DNA of 64,000 bases from Catajapyx aquilonaris (taxonomy: Eukaryota): the NCBI GenBank assembly GCA_000934665.2, contig KZ538328.1, positions 1 to 64,000 of the forward strand, in the 5' to 3' direction. Below the pieces are notes generated by a model, which had not been told where the DNA came from, searched no databases, and worked only from the letters and a program-made list of their open reading frames with translations. A program made the translations under genes and the position numbers. Of this stretch, positions 62,901-64,000 are shown piece by piece; positions within the stretch are counted from its first letter, which is position 1, and each line of letters begins with the position of its first letter.

Positions 62901-64000
62901 ATAGTTTATGGGCATTATTTTCCCACGATGGTAGGAATCTCCCACACGATGGATCCGACCCCCATCCCTCCCCATCCACCTTTCCTCCCCACCCACCTTT
63001 CCTCCCCACCTTTTCTTTCCCTCTGAGGAAGGAAGGGTGTAGCAGGCAGGGTGCATTCTTGGAGTTCTCGAGGAAAAGGGGTTGGCAGCCGCTCTTTGCA
63101 CCGTCCTCGATGGAATGTCTCATCAAAGTCTCACGCAGCTGTCGCAACCAGAACAAAACCCCTTTTCTAGGTGCAACAATATTGGCCCACTCGACTGTCC
63201 TAACATACACAATAGACTCACGTGCTTGCGGTACGTTGGTCAAACTGTAGTCTCAGAATATCTCCTCCTATTTGACCACTGCGGCATCTTTGCTGGGCCC
63301 AGTTGCAAACAAGCTCGCATGTATTTTGATCCCTTATCCGGAGGGCGCAGAATAGAGACAAGGTGGAAACCCCCCTTGTCCATTGAAAGATGGGCCTTGT
63401 GAGGATATCTNNNNNNNNNNNNNNNNNNNNNCCCCCCCCCCCCCTGCACAAAAGCGGGAGTGAACCAAAAGACCTTTTTCCTTTCCTCCTCCTCCGTCTG
63501 GCATGCGAGGAATGCCCGCCTCACGCGTCGTCGCCCGGTTGCCAGAGTTGGGCCCCAGGTGTGTATCATCTCTTTATCACCCAGCTATTCTCACCTGCAT
63601 CGATCAGGAGGCATTGTTCACCGGTTGTAGGCCGTGTCCAACTGATTCGCACCGGAGTGTCAGTGTTGGCTGCAAAATAGATGTCGGTGCCTGTTGGTTT
63701 TGGAGCCGCGTAATTTTCACACCCGGATTGAATGAGGTGTTTGGGATGAAATGAACGGAAGCTGTGTTCTGGAGCCCTACCTGGCTGCTGCGTCTCGCAG
63801 CATCAGCTCTGGGGCAAGGCCAAGGGCAACTACATTCCGGTCGTTCTTTTGCTTGAAGAGGGTGGGTGGGTAGGTGGGAGGAAAAGAAAAGCAAAGCTGG
63901 GTTCTGCCTTCCATTCACAGCCGCCTTTCCATTTGCATGTGCAGCTGGGACGCAGATGAGGAGGCTCTTTTGTATGGGACATTTTGGCACGCGACCATCC

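Noticed and set aside
62919..62950. Su(H)/CSL-type site TTCCCACG with a nearby partial copy
   Set aside because: Single 8-mer expected by chance; not in the inverted paired-site arrangement.
56936..64000. Expected next glypican exon (V-x-x-x-CG motif)
   Set aside because: Candidate AG|GTN acceptors I checked hit stops or lacked the motif; none is supported in the window.
1..64000. Prokaryotic systems such as CRISPR arrays, operons or defence islands
   Set aside because: The sequence is eukaryotic with spliceosomal introns, SINEs and microsatellites; no repeat-spacer array or gene-dense segment was seen.

Overview
Eukaryotic (metazoan, probably invertebrate/arthropod-like) genomic DNA with several N gaps next to G/C homopolymers. 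The only protein-coding gene I can support is the 5' part of a + strand glypican of the Dally/GPC3/GPC5 subfamily. It has four coding exons (9796-9946, 24321-24473, 56017-56297, 56489-56935; 1032 nt = 344 codons, all GT-AG, phases 1/1/0/0) separated by 14.4 kb, 31.5 kb and 191 bp introns. I found no further exon in the last 7 kb, so the GAG-attachment/GPI-anchor end presumably lies beyond the window. The ~9 kb upstream is packed with nested non-autonomous transposons: Tc1/mariner-like and hAT-like MITEs, a CACTA/EnSpm-like deletion derivative and tRNA-derived SINEs of two families. The long introns are comparatively poor in recognisable elements. Nearly all other ORFs in the track are spurious. 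I see no convincing novel biological system; the best leads are the two SINE families sharing a 3' tail and a 15-bp TSD, the three-level TE nesting, an extra intron in the glypican core, a candidate recursive splice site and a twin-palindrome element.
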